DNA of 64,000 nt. Source: Alphaproteobacteria bacterium. GTDB taxonomy: Bacteria > Pseudomonadota > Alphaproteobacteria > UBA6615. The notes beneath the pieces were generated by a model that had not been told where the DNA came from, ran no database searches, and saw nothing but the letters and a program-made list of their open reading frames with translations. A program made the position numbers and the translations under genes. Positions within the stretch are counted from its first letter, which is position 1. The number at the start of each line of letters is the position of its first letter. Where the stretch lies: positions 349,918 to 413,917 of the forward strand of contig JAYPPL010000010.1 in assembly GCA_038131445.1 (NCBI GenBank), read 5' to 3'. Below, in pieces: positions 20,258 to 30,698 of the stretch.

Positions 20258-21430
20258 ATGATCCCAAACGAGTACCCGACCCTGAATTTCGACCTGGGCG
20301 ACACCGCGGACCTGCTTCGAGATTCCGTGCGCAGCTTTGCCTCGGACAAGATCGCGCCGCGCGCCGACGCGATCGATCGCGACAACGAGTTCCCCCTTGA
20401 CCTCTGGCCGGCCATGGGCGAACTCGGCCTGCACGGCATCACCGTAGAAGAGGAATACGGAGGCTCCGGTCTCGGCTACCTCGAACACTGCATCGCAATG
20501 GAGGAGGTTAGCCGCGCCTCGGCCTCGGTCGGCCTGTCCTACGGCGCGCATTCGAACTTGTGCGTGAACCAGATCCGCCGCAACGGCACCGAGGGCCAGA
20601 AACAACGCTATCTGCCCAAGCTGATTTCCGGCGAGCATGTGGGCTCGCTGGCCATGAGCGAGCCGGGCGCGGGCTCGGACGTGGTGTCCATGAGGACCCG
20701 CGCGGAGAAGAAGGGCGACCGTTATATCCTCAATGGCAACAAGATGTGGATCACCAACGGTCCGGTCTCGGAGACCTTCGTGATCTACGCCAAGACCGAC
20801 ATGGACGCTGGGCCGCGCGGCATGACGGCGTTCATCGTCGAGAAGGGCTTCAAGGGCTTCTCGCAGGCCCAGAAGCTAGACAAGCTGGGCATGCGCGGCT
20901 CGGACACCTGCGAGTTGGTCTTCCAGGACTGCGAAGTGCCGGAGGAAAACGTACTTGGCAAAGTGGGCCGGGGCGTCAACGTGCTGATGTCTGGCCTCGA
21001 CTACGAGCGTGCGGTGCTCGCAGCCGGGCCGCTGGGCATCATGCAGGCCTGTATGGATATCGTGGTGCCATACGTTCATGAGCGCGAGCAGTTCGGCAAG
21101 CCCATCGGCACCTTCCAGCTCATGCAGGGCAAGATCGCCGACATGTACGTGACGATGAACGCGTGCAAGGCCTATGTGTATGCCGTCGCGCGCGCCTGTG
21201 ATCGCGGCGAGACCGCCCGCAAGGATGCGGCGGGTGCGATCCTCTACGCAGCGGAGAAGGCGACCTGGATGGCGCTGGAGGCGATCCAGACCCTGGGCGG
21301 TAACGGCTACATCAACGAGTATTCGACTGGCCGCCTGCTGCGCGATGCCAAGCTCTACGAGATCGGCGCGGGCACCAGCGAAATCCGGCGCATGCTGATC
21401 GGCCGCGAACTGTTCGAGGAAACGGCCTGA
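20258..21430 (+). CDS. liuA: Isovaleryl-CoA dehydrogenase
   Basis: [45 protein letters not shown]. Confidence 0.95.
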   Translation: MIPNEYPTLNFDLGDTADLLRDSVRSFASDKIAPRADAIDRDNEFPLDLWPAMGELGLHGITVEEEYGGSGLGYLEHCIAMEEVSRASASVGLSYGAHSNLCVNQIRRNGTEGQKQRYLPKLISGEHVGSLAMSEPGAGSDVVSMRTRAEKKGDRYILNGNKMWITNGPVSETFVIYAKTDMDAGPRGMTAFIVEKGFKGFSQAQKLDKLGMRGSDTCELVFQDCEVPEENVLGKVGRGVNVLMSGLDYERAVLAAGPLGIMQACMDIVVPYVHEREQFGKPIGTFQLMQGKIADMYVTMNACKAYVYAVARACDRGETARKDAAGAILYAAEKATWMALEAIQTLGGNGYINEYSTGRLLRDAKLYEIGAGTSEIRRMLIGRELFEETA

Positions 21431-21447
21431 ACCGGCCGGAAACCGCC

Positions 21448-21849
21448 ATGCGCCGCATCTCCACCAATTCCCCGTTCGAGAAGGCCGCTGGGTATTCCCG
21501 CGCGGTGGTAGATGATGACTATGTCTATGTCTCGGGTACGACGGGATTCGATTACGAGACTATGACTATCTCCAACGATGTGACAGAGCAGGCGCACCAG
21601 GCCTTCCGCAATATTGCGCGCACGCTGGCCGCCGCGCGCTGTTCCTTCACCGACCTTGTGCGTGTGGTCTATTACATGCCGGAGCGCGACGACTTCTCAG
21701 CGCTGGCCCCGGTCTTCAAGCAATATCTCGGGCCGAACCCGCCCGCCGCAACGGCGTTGGTAGCCAACCTGATCGATCCGCGCATCCGTATCGAGATCGA
21801 GGCGACGGCGCGCCGTCCCAACCCGAAACCGAACACTGGGGGTTCGTGA
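21448..21849 (+). CDS. RidA/YjgF family protein
   Basis: FEKAAGYSRAV, YVSGTTG, IEIEATA. Confidence 0.88.
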   Translation: MRRISTNSPFEKAAGYSRAVVDDDYVYVSGTTGFDYETMTISNDVTEQAHQAFRNIARTLAAARCSFTDLVRVVYYMPERDDFSALAPVFKQYLGPNPPAATALVANLIDPRIRIEIEATARRPNPKPNTGGS

Positions 21850-21850
21850 C

Positions 21851-22501
21851 ATGCCAGGCGTCCTGATTGTCGGTGCTAGCCGTGGCATCGGCCTGGGTTT
21901 CGCGCGCGACTATGCCGCAGACAGATGGGAGGTCCACGCGACCACCCGCAACATCGGCGATCCCGGCGACCTGGCAGGCATTGCGGGCAACGTGTCCCTG
22001 TACGAGCTAGATGTGCGCAATAAGGGCCATATCGACGCGCTGGCCGGGGCTTTAGAGGGGCGGAGCCTTGATCTACTGATCCACAATGCGGGTGTGCTAC
22101 GCGGGGTGAGCCGGGACGAGATGATGGCGATCAACGCCGATGGGCCTTTTGATGTGTTGGGCGTGTTGCTATCCACTCTGGAGCGCGGCGCCGGCAAGAA
22201 AATCGCCATCCTGAGCAGCCAGATGGGCGCGCGAAACGGCGGCCGCACACCGTCCGCCGATTACGGTGCCTCCAAATGCGCACTAAACGACCGCTTCCGT
22301 GAGACGGAGCCGGAATGGCGGGCGAAGGGCATCACGGCGGTGGTGTTCCACCCGGGCTGGGTCGCGACGGATATGGGCGGGCCTGCCGCGCCGGTCAGCG
22401 TGGATGAAAGTGTCAGCGGTATGCGCCGAACTATCGCCGGACTGTCACCGTCGGACTCCGGCAAATTCCTGACCTGGAAGGGAACAGAGCACCCGTGGTG
22501 A
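21851..22501 (+). CDS. SDR family oxidoreductase (CsgA/C-factor-like)
   Basis: GASRGIG, HNAG, YGASK, HPGWVATDMGG. Confidence 0.88.
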   Translation: MPGVLIVGASRGIGLGFARDYAADRWEVHATTRNIGDPGDLAGIAGNVSLYELDVRNKGHIDALAGALEGRSLDLLIHNAGVLRGVSRDEMMAINADGPFDVLGVLLSTLERGAGKKIAILSSQMGARNGGRTPSADYGASKCALNDRFRETEPEWRAKGITAVVFHPGWVATDMGGPAAPVSVDESVSGMRRTIAGLSPSDSGKFLTWKGTEHPW

Positions 22502-22697
22502 GGCACCCGGATCACGCAGGCGGGGCATTACCGCCGTCGCACTACATCCGGGTTGTATACGCAACGACATGACGGGCGCGCACGCGTCACTTTCGCCGGA
22601 GGAATCTGTCGCGGGAATCCGAGATGTTCTGGAACATTTGGGACCCGCCAACGCGGAACGTTTTTTTGATTACAGGGGCAAGGACATCGCATGGTAG
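22502..22697 (+). pseudogene. C-terminal remnant of a second SDR paralogue
   Basis: Translates as RRGITAVALHPGCIRNDMTGAHASLSPEESVAGIRDVLEHL...FFDYRGKDIAW*, parallel to the C-terminus of the preceding SDR; no N-terminus. Confidence 0.75.
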
Positions 22698-23338
22698 ATC
22701 CGATAGACAGGCTAATCGCGGGATTTCGCGGGTTTCGCGCCCGTTACTATGAGCAGCGGCCCGAACGCATGCAGGAGCTCGCCCGGGAGGGTCAGTCCCC
22801 GGAAGTCATGTTGATTGCGTGTTCGGACTCGCGTGTCGATCCGGCATTGTTGCTTGGTTCTGAACCGGGTGAACTCTTCATCGTGCGCAACGTGGCCAAC
22901 CTGGTCCCGCCCTACGGACCAGATAACGGGCATCACGGCACCAGTGCGGCGCTGGAGTTTGCCGTCCGGGATCTGCAAGTGAAGCACATTGTGATCCTCG
23001 GCCATTCTATGTGCGGCGGTGTTAAGGCGCTGCGCGCGGCCATGTCAGGCGAGCCGCCGTCACGCGAGTTTATTGCGCCATGGATGGAGATTGCCGCGGA
23101 AGCCTGCCCCTGCGGCGCGGATGGCGAGGTGCCGGAGCAATCCAAGGTCGAGCGCGACGGCATCCGAATTTCGCTGCGCAATCTCCTCACCTTCCCTTGG
23201 ATTGCCGACAAGGTTTCCTCGGGAGAATTGGGTCTTCACGGCTGGTGGATCGACCTTGATGGCGGGAGGCTGTGCGCTGTGCAACCCCAAGGCGAGGGAC
23301 TGCGTGAACTTGTGGGCGGAGCAGATTCCGCTGACTGA
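22691..23338 (+). CDS. Beta-class carbonic anhydrase
   Basis: GQSPE, IACSDSRV, GELFIVRNVANLV, GHSMCGG. Confidence 0.92.
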   Translation: MVDPIDRLIAGFRGFRARYYEQRPERMQELAREGQSPEVMLIACSDSRVDPALLLGSEPGELFIVRNVANLVPPYGPDNGHHGTSAALEFAVRDLQVKHIVILGHSMCGGVKALRAAMSGEPPSREFIAPWMEIAAEACPCGADGEVPEQSKVERDGIRISLRNLLTFPWIADKVSSGELGLHGWWIDLDGGRLCAVQPQGEGLRELVGGADSAD

Positions 23339-23349
23339 CGAACAGGTCA

Positions 23350-23619
23350 TGCTGCAAGGCGATCAATGAACACGAGGCTATTGTCTCCCGATTGGCCGAG
23401 ATGCGCACCAAGATCGAGGCGGCGATGGTGAAGCTCTATGCATCGGAAATCCTAGAGGAGATCTGCTCCGACGGCATCCAGGTCCATGGTTACTTCGGCC
23501 ACCTGCGGGAACCCCCAGCCTAGCGAATCTACCAGGATGTTCGGGTCACACAAATCCACGAAGGCACCAGCGACATTCAGAAATTAATCATTGGCCACGA
23601 AATCGCGGAGGGAGATTGA
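23350..23619 (+). pseudogene. Acyl-CoA dehydrogenase C-terminal remnant
   Basis: EHEAIVSRLAEMRTKIEAAMVKLYASE...GIQVHGYFG...*RIYQDVRVTQIHEGTSDIQKLIIG; in-frame TAG at 23521 and an apparent internal deletion. Confidence 0.8.
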
Positions 23620-23753
23620 CCACGAACTGCGGACCAATCGCCCTTCGAGGCGGGCCTCCGGCCCTCCTTAGATGAGAATAAACCTGCACACTTCGTGCTG
23701 AGTAACCCAAAGACGTTCGGCATCTCGAAGCATGCTTTAGGAGAAACACAAAC

Positions 23754-24359
23754 ATGTCCAACGCACCCGTCGAGTTCTTTTTCGACTTTAACAGCCCCTA
23801 CAGCTACATCGCGGCGCACCTGATCGACGATCTGGCGGCGAAGCATGGCCGGTTCGTGGACTGGAAGCCTTTCCTGCTTGGTGCAGTATTTGAGGTGACG
23901 GGCTCCAAACCGCTGCCGCACGTGCCCATGAAGGGCGAGTACGCGACCCATGACTTTGCGCGCTCGGCCCGGTTCCACAATGTAGACTTCAATCCGCCGG
24001 CCAAGCATCCGTTCTCGCCGACTGCGGCCTCACGCGCGGTCTATTGGGCGAAGTCGCAGGACCCGGCGGACGCGTCCGGAATGGGGCTTGCGCTGTTCCA
24101 GGCTGTGATGCGCGATGCCCAGGATATCTCGAGCCCCGACGCGGTGGCCGATATCGCCGCCGGGGCCGGGTTCGACCGTGACGCCGTCGCTGCAGGCCTT
24201 CAGGACCCTGCGGTGAAGGCGAAGGTGAAGGAAGAGACCGACGATGCCATCGCGCGCAACATCTTCGGCGCGCCGTTCATCGTGGTGGACGGCGAGGCCT
24301 TCTGGGGAGTGGACCGGCTCGACATGGTCGAGAAGTGGCTCGAGACCGGCGGCTGGTAG
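23754..24359 (+). CDS. 2-hydroxychromene-2-carboxylate isomerase / DsbA-like (kappa GST) protein
   Basis: FFFDFNSPYSY, WKPFLLG, IFGAPFIVVDGEAFWGVDRL. Confidence 0.88.
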   Translation: MSNAPVEFFFDFNSPYSYIAAHLIDDLAAKHGRFVDWKPFLLGAVFEVTGSKPLPHVPMKGEYATHDFARSARFHNVDFNPPAKHPFSPTAASRAVYWAKSQDPADASGMGLALFQAVMRDAQDISSPDAVADIAAGAGFDRDAVAAGLQDPAVKAKVKEETDDAIARNIFGAPFIVVDGEAFWGVDRLDMVEKWLETGGW

Positions 24360-24377
24360 TTTTTCTGCCTGGGGGAG

Positions 24378-25346
24378 TTAGAGGCCTTGGGAGAGAATGG
24401 TTTGATAGAGCGCGCGGTCGATGTTGCCGCCCGAAAGCACCACACCCGCCGTGCGCCCCGACTGGGCCGCGCGCTCCTTCATCAGTCCCGCCAGCGCCGC
24501 TGCGCCCGCGCCCTCGGCGATGTTGTGGGTCGCTCGGTAGAAGAGGCATATCGCCGCGCGGATGTCGTCCTCGCTGACCGTTATGATGCGCGCGGCGTGC
24601 TTGCAGATCACCGTTACCGCGTCCGCGGCGGGCACGCGGCAGGCCAGCCCATCTGCGAAGGTGTCGGCGGAGTTGGTCGAGACTGGCTCGCCCTTCGCGA
24701 AGGACAGGGCATAGGTAGGCGCGTTCTCCGCCACCACACCAATGATCTCGGTCTTCAGCCCCAGCGCCTCGCGTGCCGCGATGCAGCCGGTGATGCCGGA
24801 GCCCAACCCGATGGGCACATACAGCGTGTCGATCTCGGTTGCGACGGTCAGCAGCTCCATGCCGTAGGTGGCCACCCCATTGGCCAGGTCAATGGCGTAG
24901 GACGGAACCATTTCCAGCCCGCGTTCGTCCGCCAAACCGACCGCGTACTCCAGCGCTGCCTGGAAATCGTGCCCGTGCTCGATCAGCTTCGCGCCGAAGG
25001 CGCGCATTGCAGCGTTCTTCTCGGCAGAATTGCCCTCGGGCACGACGACGGTCGCCGCGATGCCGCTAGCCCGGGCGGCGAAGGCGATAGACTGTCCGTG
25101 ATTACCACGTGTGGCAGCGACGACGCCCTCGACCCCAGGCCGGGTGCGGCGCAGGTCTGCCATGTAGGCCAGCCCCCCGCGCACCTTGAAGGCGCCGGTA
25201 GGTGTATGGTTTTCATGCTTGACCCACACTGTCGTGCCCGCCGCCTCGCAGATCAGTGGCCAGACATACTGGGGCGTCGGCGGCATCGCCGCATAGACGG
25301 TATCCGCCGCACGTTCGATTTCGCTTATGTTGGGCAGCTTAAGCAT
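24378..25346 (-). CDS. PLP-dependent threonine dehydratase family protein
   Basis: [39 protein letters not shown]. Confidence 0.9.
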   Translation of the reverse strand: MLKLPNISEIERAADTVYAAMPPTPQYVWPLICEAAGTTVWVKHENHTPTGAFKVRGGLAYMADLRRTRPGVEGVVAATRGNHGQSIAFAARASGIAATVVVPEGNSAEKNAAMRAFGAKLIEHGHDFQAALEYAVGLADERGLEMVPSYAIDLANGVATYGMELLTVATEIDTLYVPIGLGSGITGCIAAREALGLKTEIIGVVAENAPTYALSFAKGEPVSTNSADTFADGLACRVPAADAVTVICKHAARIITVSEDDIRAAICLFYRATHNIAEGAGAAALAGLMKERAAQSGRTAGVVLSGGNIDRALYQTILSQGL

Positions 25347-25375
25347 CCGATGCTTCTATCACGGGAAATGCGGCC

Positions 25376-26983
25376 ATGACCGTTCTCAAATCTGCACTCG
25401 ATACCAGCTCTGACCTGTTCGCAAAGAACACCGAAGCGATGCAGGCGGTTGTGAGCGATCTGCGCGAAAAGGCGGCACAAATCGAACTGGGGGGCGGCGC
25501 GCGCGCGCGTGAGCGTCATCTGTCGCGTGGCAAGCTGCTGCCGCGCGACCGAATTGATACGCTGCTCGACGAGGGCTCGCCTTTCCTCGAGTTCTCCCAG
25601 TTCGCGGGCTGGGAGATGTACGAGGATGTGATCCCGGCGGGGGGCATCCTGACGGGCATCGGGCGGGTGTCGGGCCGTGAATGCGTGATCGTTGTTAACG
25701 ATGCGACTGTGAAGGGGGGAACCTATTACCCGGTCACCGTGAAGAAGCACCTGCGCGCGCAGGAGATTGCGCGGCAGAACAACCTGCCGTGTATCTACCT
25801 GGTCGATTCGGGCGGCGCAAACCTGCCCCAGCAGGATGAGGTTTTCCCTGACCGGGAACATTTCGGGCGCATCTTCTACAACCAGGCCACCATGTCGGCG
25901 GAGGGCATTCCTCAGATTGCCGCCGTGATGGGGTCGTGCACCGCAGGCGGCGCCTATGTGCCCGCGATGTCAGACGAGGCCGTAATAGTAAAGGAGCAGG
26001 GCACGATCTTCCTAGCGGGCCCGCCTCTAGTGAAGGCAGCGACGGGTGAGGTGGTTTCGGCGGAAGACCTAGGCGGGGCGGTTGTGCACACGCGAACGAG
26101 CGGTGTGGCGGACCATCTGGCGAACGATGATACCCACGCGCTGGCCATTGTTCGAAACATCGTCGCCAACCTGAATCGATCTAAGCGCATTGATCTGGAG
26201 ACGCGCCCCGCTGTCGATCCGCTCTATGGGCAGGAAGAACTCTACGGTGTGGTCAACGCCGATATTCGTAAGCCCTATGACGTCCGCGAGGTGATCGCAC
26301 GTATCGTCGATGGTTCGCAGTTCGATGAGTTCAAGGCGTTGTTTGGTGACACTTTGGTGACGGGTTTCGCGCATATCTTCGGGTATCTGGTCGGGATCGT
26401 CGCCAACAACGGTATCCTGTTCTCAGAATCCGCGCTCAAGGGCGCGCACTTTGTGGAGCTGTGTTCGCAGCGGGGCATTCCGCTGATCTTCCTGCAGAAT
26501 ATCTCCGGCTTCATGGTCGGCCAGAAATACGAGACTGGTGGCATCGCCAAGGACGGCGCGAAGATGGTGACCGCAGTCGCCTGCGCCAACGTGCCCAAGT
26601 TCACCGTCATCATCGGTGGAAGCTTCGGGGCCGGCAACTACGGCATGTGCGGACGCGCATACAGTCCAAGGTTTCTGTGGATGTGGCCCAATGCGCGCAT
26701 CTCGGTGATGGGCGGAACACAGGCTGCCAATGTGCTGGGACAGGTCCGGCGCGACGGTTTGGTGGCGCGCGGTGAGGAATGGAGCGCGGAGGCCGAGGAG
26801 GAATTCAAGCGGCCGATACGCGAACAGTATGAGCATCAGGGCCACCCGTACTACGCCAGTGCACGCCTGTGGGACGACGGTATCATCGACCCCGCCGACA
26901 CACGCCGCATTCTGGGACTGGGGATATCGGCCGCGCTTAATGCGCCCATCGCGCCGACGAAGTTTGGCATCTTCAGAATGTGA
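25376..26983 (+). CDS. liuB: 3-methylcrotonyl-CoA carboxylase beta subunit
   Basis: [51 protein letters not shown]. Confidence 0.95.
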   Translation: MTVLKSALDTSSDLFAKNTEAMQAVVSDLREKAAQIELGGGARARERHLSRGKLLPRDRIDTLLDEGSPFLEFSQFAGWEMYEDVIPAGGILTGIGRVSGRECVIVVNDATVKGGTYYPVTVKKHLRAQEIARQNNLPCIYLVDSGGANLPQQDEVFPDREHFGRIFYNQATMSAEGIPQIAAVMGSCTAGGAYVPAMSDEAVIVKEQGTIFLAGPPLVKAATGEVVSAEDLGGAVVHTRTSGVADHLANDDTHALAIVRNIVANLNRSKRIDLETRPAVDPLYGQEELYGVVNADIRKPYDVREVIARIVDGSQFDEFKALFGDTLVTGFAHIFGYLVGIVANNGILFSESALKGAHFVELCSQRGIPLIFLQNISGFMVGQKYETGGIAKDGAKMVTAVACANVPKFTVIIGGSFGAGNYGMCGRAYSPRFLWMWPNARISVMGGTQAANVLGQVRRDGLVARGEEWSAEAEEEFKRPIREQYEHQGHPYYASARLWDDGIIDPADTRRILGLGISAALNAPIAPTKFGIFRM

Positions 26984-26987
26984 TGCG

Positions 26988-27788
26988 ATGAGCAATGACG
27001 CACTGAGACTCGAGAAATCAAACGGCGTTGCCTATGTCGTGATGGCGCGACCCGATAAGCACAATGCGTTCGACGACGAGTTGATTGCCGGCCTGACCGA
27101 AATCTTCGAGGCGGTCGGGCAGGATGATGGTGTCCGCGTCGTGGTGCTGGGCGGCGAGGGTAGAAGCTTTTCCGCCGGGGCCGATCTCGGCTGGATGGCG
27201 CGCATGGCTGACTATTCTGAGGCCCAGAACCTGGAGGATGCGCGCCGGCTCGCTCACATGATGCGGGCCCTCAATGGGATGCCCAAGCCGACGGTCGCGC
27301 GTGTGCATGGCGCAGCCATCGGCGGCGGTGTGGGCCTCGTCGCGGCCTGCGATATCGCGATTGCGTCCGAGAAGGCGGTGTTTTGCCTGTCGGAAGTGCG
27401 ACTGGGCCTGATTCCCGCGGTGATCAGCCCCTATGTGGTCGAGGCCATCGGCGCGCGCACGGCGAGGCGGTATTTTCAGACCGCCGAGCGTTTCGATGCG
27501 CAGACGGCACGCCGTCTCGGGCTGGTGCATGAGGTCGTGAAAGACAAGGCGCTTGACGGCGGTGTTGATGAGATCGTCGATATGCTTCAGCGCAACGGCC
27601 CGGCGGCGATGGCCGCCGCGAAAGAACTGATCCGGCGCGTATCGTCGGCTCCGGTCGATGAAGCCATGGTGCGCGATACCGCGGAGCGGATCGCCAACAT
27701 CCGCGCGACGGAAGAGGGACGGGAAGGCGTTCGTGCATTTCTGGACAAGAGGGAGCCTGCATGGCGCGCGAAGATCACACAGTCCTGA
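26988..27788 (+). CDS. liuC: Methylglutaconyl-CoA hydratase (enoyl-CoA hydratase family)
   Basis: RPDKHNAFD, FSAGADL, GGGVGL, SEVRLGLIPAVISPYV; liu context. Confidence 0.88.
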   Translation: MSNDALRLEKSNGVAYVVMARPDKHNAFDDELIAGLTEIFEAVGQDDGVRVVVLGGEGRSFSAGADLGWMARMADYSEAQNLEDARRLAHMMRALNGMPKPTVARVHGAAIGGGVGLVAACDIAIASEKAVFCLSEVRLGLIPAVISPYVVEAIGARTARRYFQTAERFDAQTARRLGLVHEVVKDKALDGGVDEIVDMLQRNGPAAMAAAKELIRRVSSAPVDEAMVRDTAERIANIRATEEGREGVRAFLDKREPAWRAKITQS

Positions 27789-28717
27789 CAGGCGGTATTA
27801 CTCGCCGAGGGTGGCTCGGCGCGGCGCTGTTCTCGGCGGTCATCATCCTACTGGTCGCGGTGGGTTCGACGGATTCCGTCGGCTGGCTGACATTGATCAT
27901 TCTCGTCGCGACCTTCGGTGCGACGGGGTTTTTCCTTTGGCTATTTCCGGGTAGCCGTTTCTTTGTCCTGACCTTTGCCAATTCGCTGGCGATCTACACC
28001 AGCATCTTCCTGTTCCTTCGCCAGGCAAATTTCGATGCAGCCGCCGGCTGGGCAGTGGGTATCGGCTACCTGTTGCCGATTTATGTCTTCATGGTCGGTG
28101 TCTGGCTGCAGCGGGAGGGTATCCGACAACTGTCGCTTGAGGAGGAGATCCGGCGCCGCCCGGTGCTGGGGCGCAAGTTCATGTGGATCCTTCCGATGAC
28201 CGCGCTGTCGATCCTTACCTTCAGTATCCCGCGCATCGGCTTCGAGGCGGGATCCCAGGGTGTAATCCTTGTGATGGCAATGTGTGTGGTGAGCGGTTTT
28301 GTCGGGCTGGCCTGCCGACAAATCAGTTTGTTTCTGATCGATACAGGTCTGATGTTCGACTATTTTTTTATTCGGATTGGTCGCCTGTTTCGCCCGGCCT
28401 TCGCCTTCCTGACGCTCTACTCGTTCATCGTGATCGTCTTCGCGATGGTGTTCCGGATCATGGACCGGCTATCGCCGGATCCGATTTTCTTGATCAATGC
28501 CAGGCCCGCGCCGATCGGCTTCACCGAGAGCCTGTATTTTTCCCTAATCACTATGTCTACGGTCGGGTATGGCGACATCACCCCGGCGGACGAGGCCGTC
28601 CGTATCGCGGCAGCGATCGAGGTGGTTCTGGGGATCCTGCTCTTCCTCTTCGGCTTCGCTGAAATCATGCGTTATGCGCGCGAGCCGGACTGGCACCTGG
28701 ATGAATCGAATGATTGA
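27761..28717 (+). CDS. Multi-pass membrane protein with a K+ channel pore domain
   Basis: Several hydrophobic helices and ESLYFSLITMSTVGYGDITP selectivity filter. Confidence 0.85.
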   Translation: MAREDHTVLTGGITRRGWLGAALFSAVIILLVAVGSTDSVGWLTLIILVATFGATGFFLWLFPGSRFFVLTFANSLAIYTSIFLFLRQANFDAAAGWAVGIGYLLPIYVFMVGVWLQREGIRQLSLEEEIRRRPVLGRKFMWILPMTALSILTFSIPRIGFEAGSQGVILVMAMCVVSGFVGLACRQISLFLIDTGLMFDYFFIRIGRLFRPAFAFLTLYSFIVIVFAMVFRIMDRLSPDPIFLINARPAPIGFTESLYFSLITMSTVGYGDITPADEAVRIAAAIEVVLGILLFLFGFAEIMRYAREPDWHLDESND

Positions 28718-30698
28718 ACGCCTGCTTATCGCCAACCGGGGAGAAATTGCGGTGCGCGTGGCGCGTACGGCGAAACGACTTGGCATCCACGTCATCGCGG
28801 TCTATTCCGATGCCGATTCTCAAGCCATGCACGTCGCCGTGGCGGATGAGGCAATTCGGATCGGACCCGAGGCCGCCGCACAAAGCTACCTCGATATCGA
28901 GGCTGTGATCGGCGCGGCGCGAACGTCCGGAGCCGACGCCATCCATCCCGGCTACGGCTTCCTGTCGGAGAATGCGAGCTTTGCCGAGGCTTGCACGGCG
29001 GCGGGGATCGCCTTCATCGGGCCGAGCGCAAATGCCATTCGCACTATGGGTGACAAGGCGGCCTCGAAGGTGGCGATGGCGGCGGCGGGCGTGCCGCTAG
29101 TGCCGGGATATCACGATGAGGCTCAGGACCCCGCTGTGCTGGCGGATGCGGCGGGCGAAATTGGCTATCCGGTCCTCATCAAGGCGTCGGCGGGTGGCGG
29201 TGGTCGTGGCATGCGGATTGTTAAGGAGGCCTCAGACCTCGGTGCGGCGTTAGAATCCGCGAAACGCGAGGCGCAGGGCGCGTTCGGCGACGACCGTGTG
29301 CTGATCGAGAGGTACCTGACGACCCCGCGCCATATTGAGGTCCAGGTGTTCGGGGACACCCACGGAAACGCCATTCACCTGTTCGAGCGCGATTGTTCGC
29401 TGCAGCGGCGCTACCAGAAGGTGATCGAGGAGGCTCCCGCGCCCGGCATGTCCGAAGCGCGCCGTTCTGAGATCGGTGCGGCAGCAATCGCTGCGGCCCG
29501 CGCTATCGATTATGTCGGTGCGGGCACAGTGGAATTCATCGTCGATGCTACGGAGGACGGTGCCAATGGTCCTTTCTACTTCATGGAAATGAACACGCGC
29601 CTGCAGGTTGAGCACCCCGTGACCGAGTACATCACCGGCCTCGATCTGGTGGCGTGGCAGCTCGCCGTAGCCGATGGGCTCCCCCTGCCGATCCGCCAGG
29701 AGGAGGTCGCACTCAACGGCCACGCCATTGAGGCGCGGCTCTATGCCGAGGATCCGGCGCGCGATTTCCTACCGTCGCCAGGGCATGTGGTGGCATTCGA
29801 GGCGCCCGAATTCGGCGGGGAGGTTCGAATCGATACCGGCGTTCGGACAGGTGACGACATTGCCGCCGTCTACGATCCGATGATTGCCAAGGTCATTGCG
29901 CACGGCGCGGACCGGGATGCCGCGATTGCGAACCTCGATCGCGCTCTGACAGAACTCGTCTGCGCGGGCCCGACCACCAACCAGGCCTTCCTGCGCCGGG
30001 CGGTTACGCATCCCGACTTTATCGCGGCGCGGCTCGATACGGGTTTTATCGGCCGCCACGCAGCGGAACTGGTCGGGGAGCCGGGCGAGGGACTTTTCGC
30101 GGCTCTGCTGTCGGCCGTTACCCAACTTCTCGACACACGCGCCCGTGCGGCGCGTGAAGATGCCGCTGCGCGTGGCGAGGCGGATACGCCCTGGGCGGAC
30201 ACCGGGAACTGGCGTGTGAACCTGCATCCGCGCGAGACTTTGCGCATCCGTTGCGGCGAAGAGGAGCGTGCTGTGGAGATTCGCCAAGGAGCCGCGAGTA
30301 CCTCAGTCAGTTTTGAGGACGGCACCGCGATGTGCCTGCCGGACGACTTGCCCCATGGTTGGCGTGTGATCCCCGGCGGTCGTGTGCTCCACGTGATCTC
30401 GGGCGGGATACAGTATCGCCTTGAGCAGATCATGGCCGCCGATGTCTCGGAGTCCCGGTCGGGCGGGGCGGGGAGCCTCAACGCCCCGATGCCTGGCAAG
30501 GTGGTGCGCGTGTCGGTGTCGCAGGGTGAACGCGTCTCGCGCGGCCAGACTCTGGTGGTCCTCGAAGCAATGAAGATGGAGCATACGATTACCGCTCCGG
30601 CGGACGGCGTAGTGAGCGAGGTCTTCCACGCCGACGGCGATCAGGTGACCGAGGGGGCGGAACTGCTGCGTCTCGATGCGGAGGAGAACGAGGAATGA
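28710..30698 (+). CDS. liuD: 3-methylcrotonyl-CoA carboxylase alpha subunit (biotin carboxylase + biotinyl domain)
   Basis: LIANRGEIA, HPGYGFLSEN, GGGGRGM, MEMNTRLQVEHP, EAMKME. Confidence 0.93.
   Translation: MIERLLIANRGEIAVRVARTAKRLGIHVIAVYSDADSQAMHVAVADEAIRIGPEAAAQSYLDIEAVIGAARTSGADAIHPGYGFLSENASFAEACTAAGIAFIGPSANAIRTMGDKAASKVAMAAAGVPLVPGYHDEAQDPAVLADAAGEIGYPVLIKASAGGGGRGMRIVKEASDLGAALESAKREAQGAFGDDRVLIERYLTTPRHIEVQVFGDTHGNAIHLFERDCSLQRRYQKVIEEAPAPGMSEARRSEIGAAAIAAARAIDYVGAGTVEFIVDATEDGANGPFYFMEMNTRLQVEHPVTEYITGLDLVAWQLAVADGLPLPIRQEEVALNGHAIEARLYAEDPARDFLPSPGHVVAFEAPEFGGEVRIDTGVRTGDDIAAVYDPMIAKVIAHGADRDAAIANLDRALTELVCAGPTTNQAFLRRAVTHPDFIAARLDTGFIGRHAAELVGEPGEGLFAALLSAVTQLLDTRARAAREDAAARGEADTPWADTGNWRVNLHPRETLRIRCGEEERAVEIRQGAASTSVSFEDGTAMCLPDDLPHGWRVIPGGRVLHVISGGIQYRLEQIMAADVSESRSGGAGSLNAPMPGKVVRVSVSQGERVSRGQTLVVLEAMKMEHTITAPADGVVSEVFHADGDQVTEGAELLRLDAEENEE

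Noticed and set aside
24387-25379. 330-aa plus-strand ORF
   Set aside because: Antisense to a clear dehydratase gene
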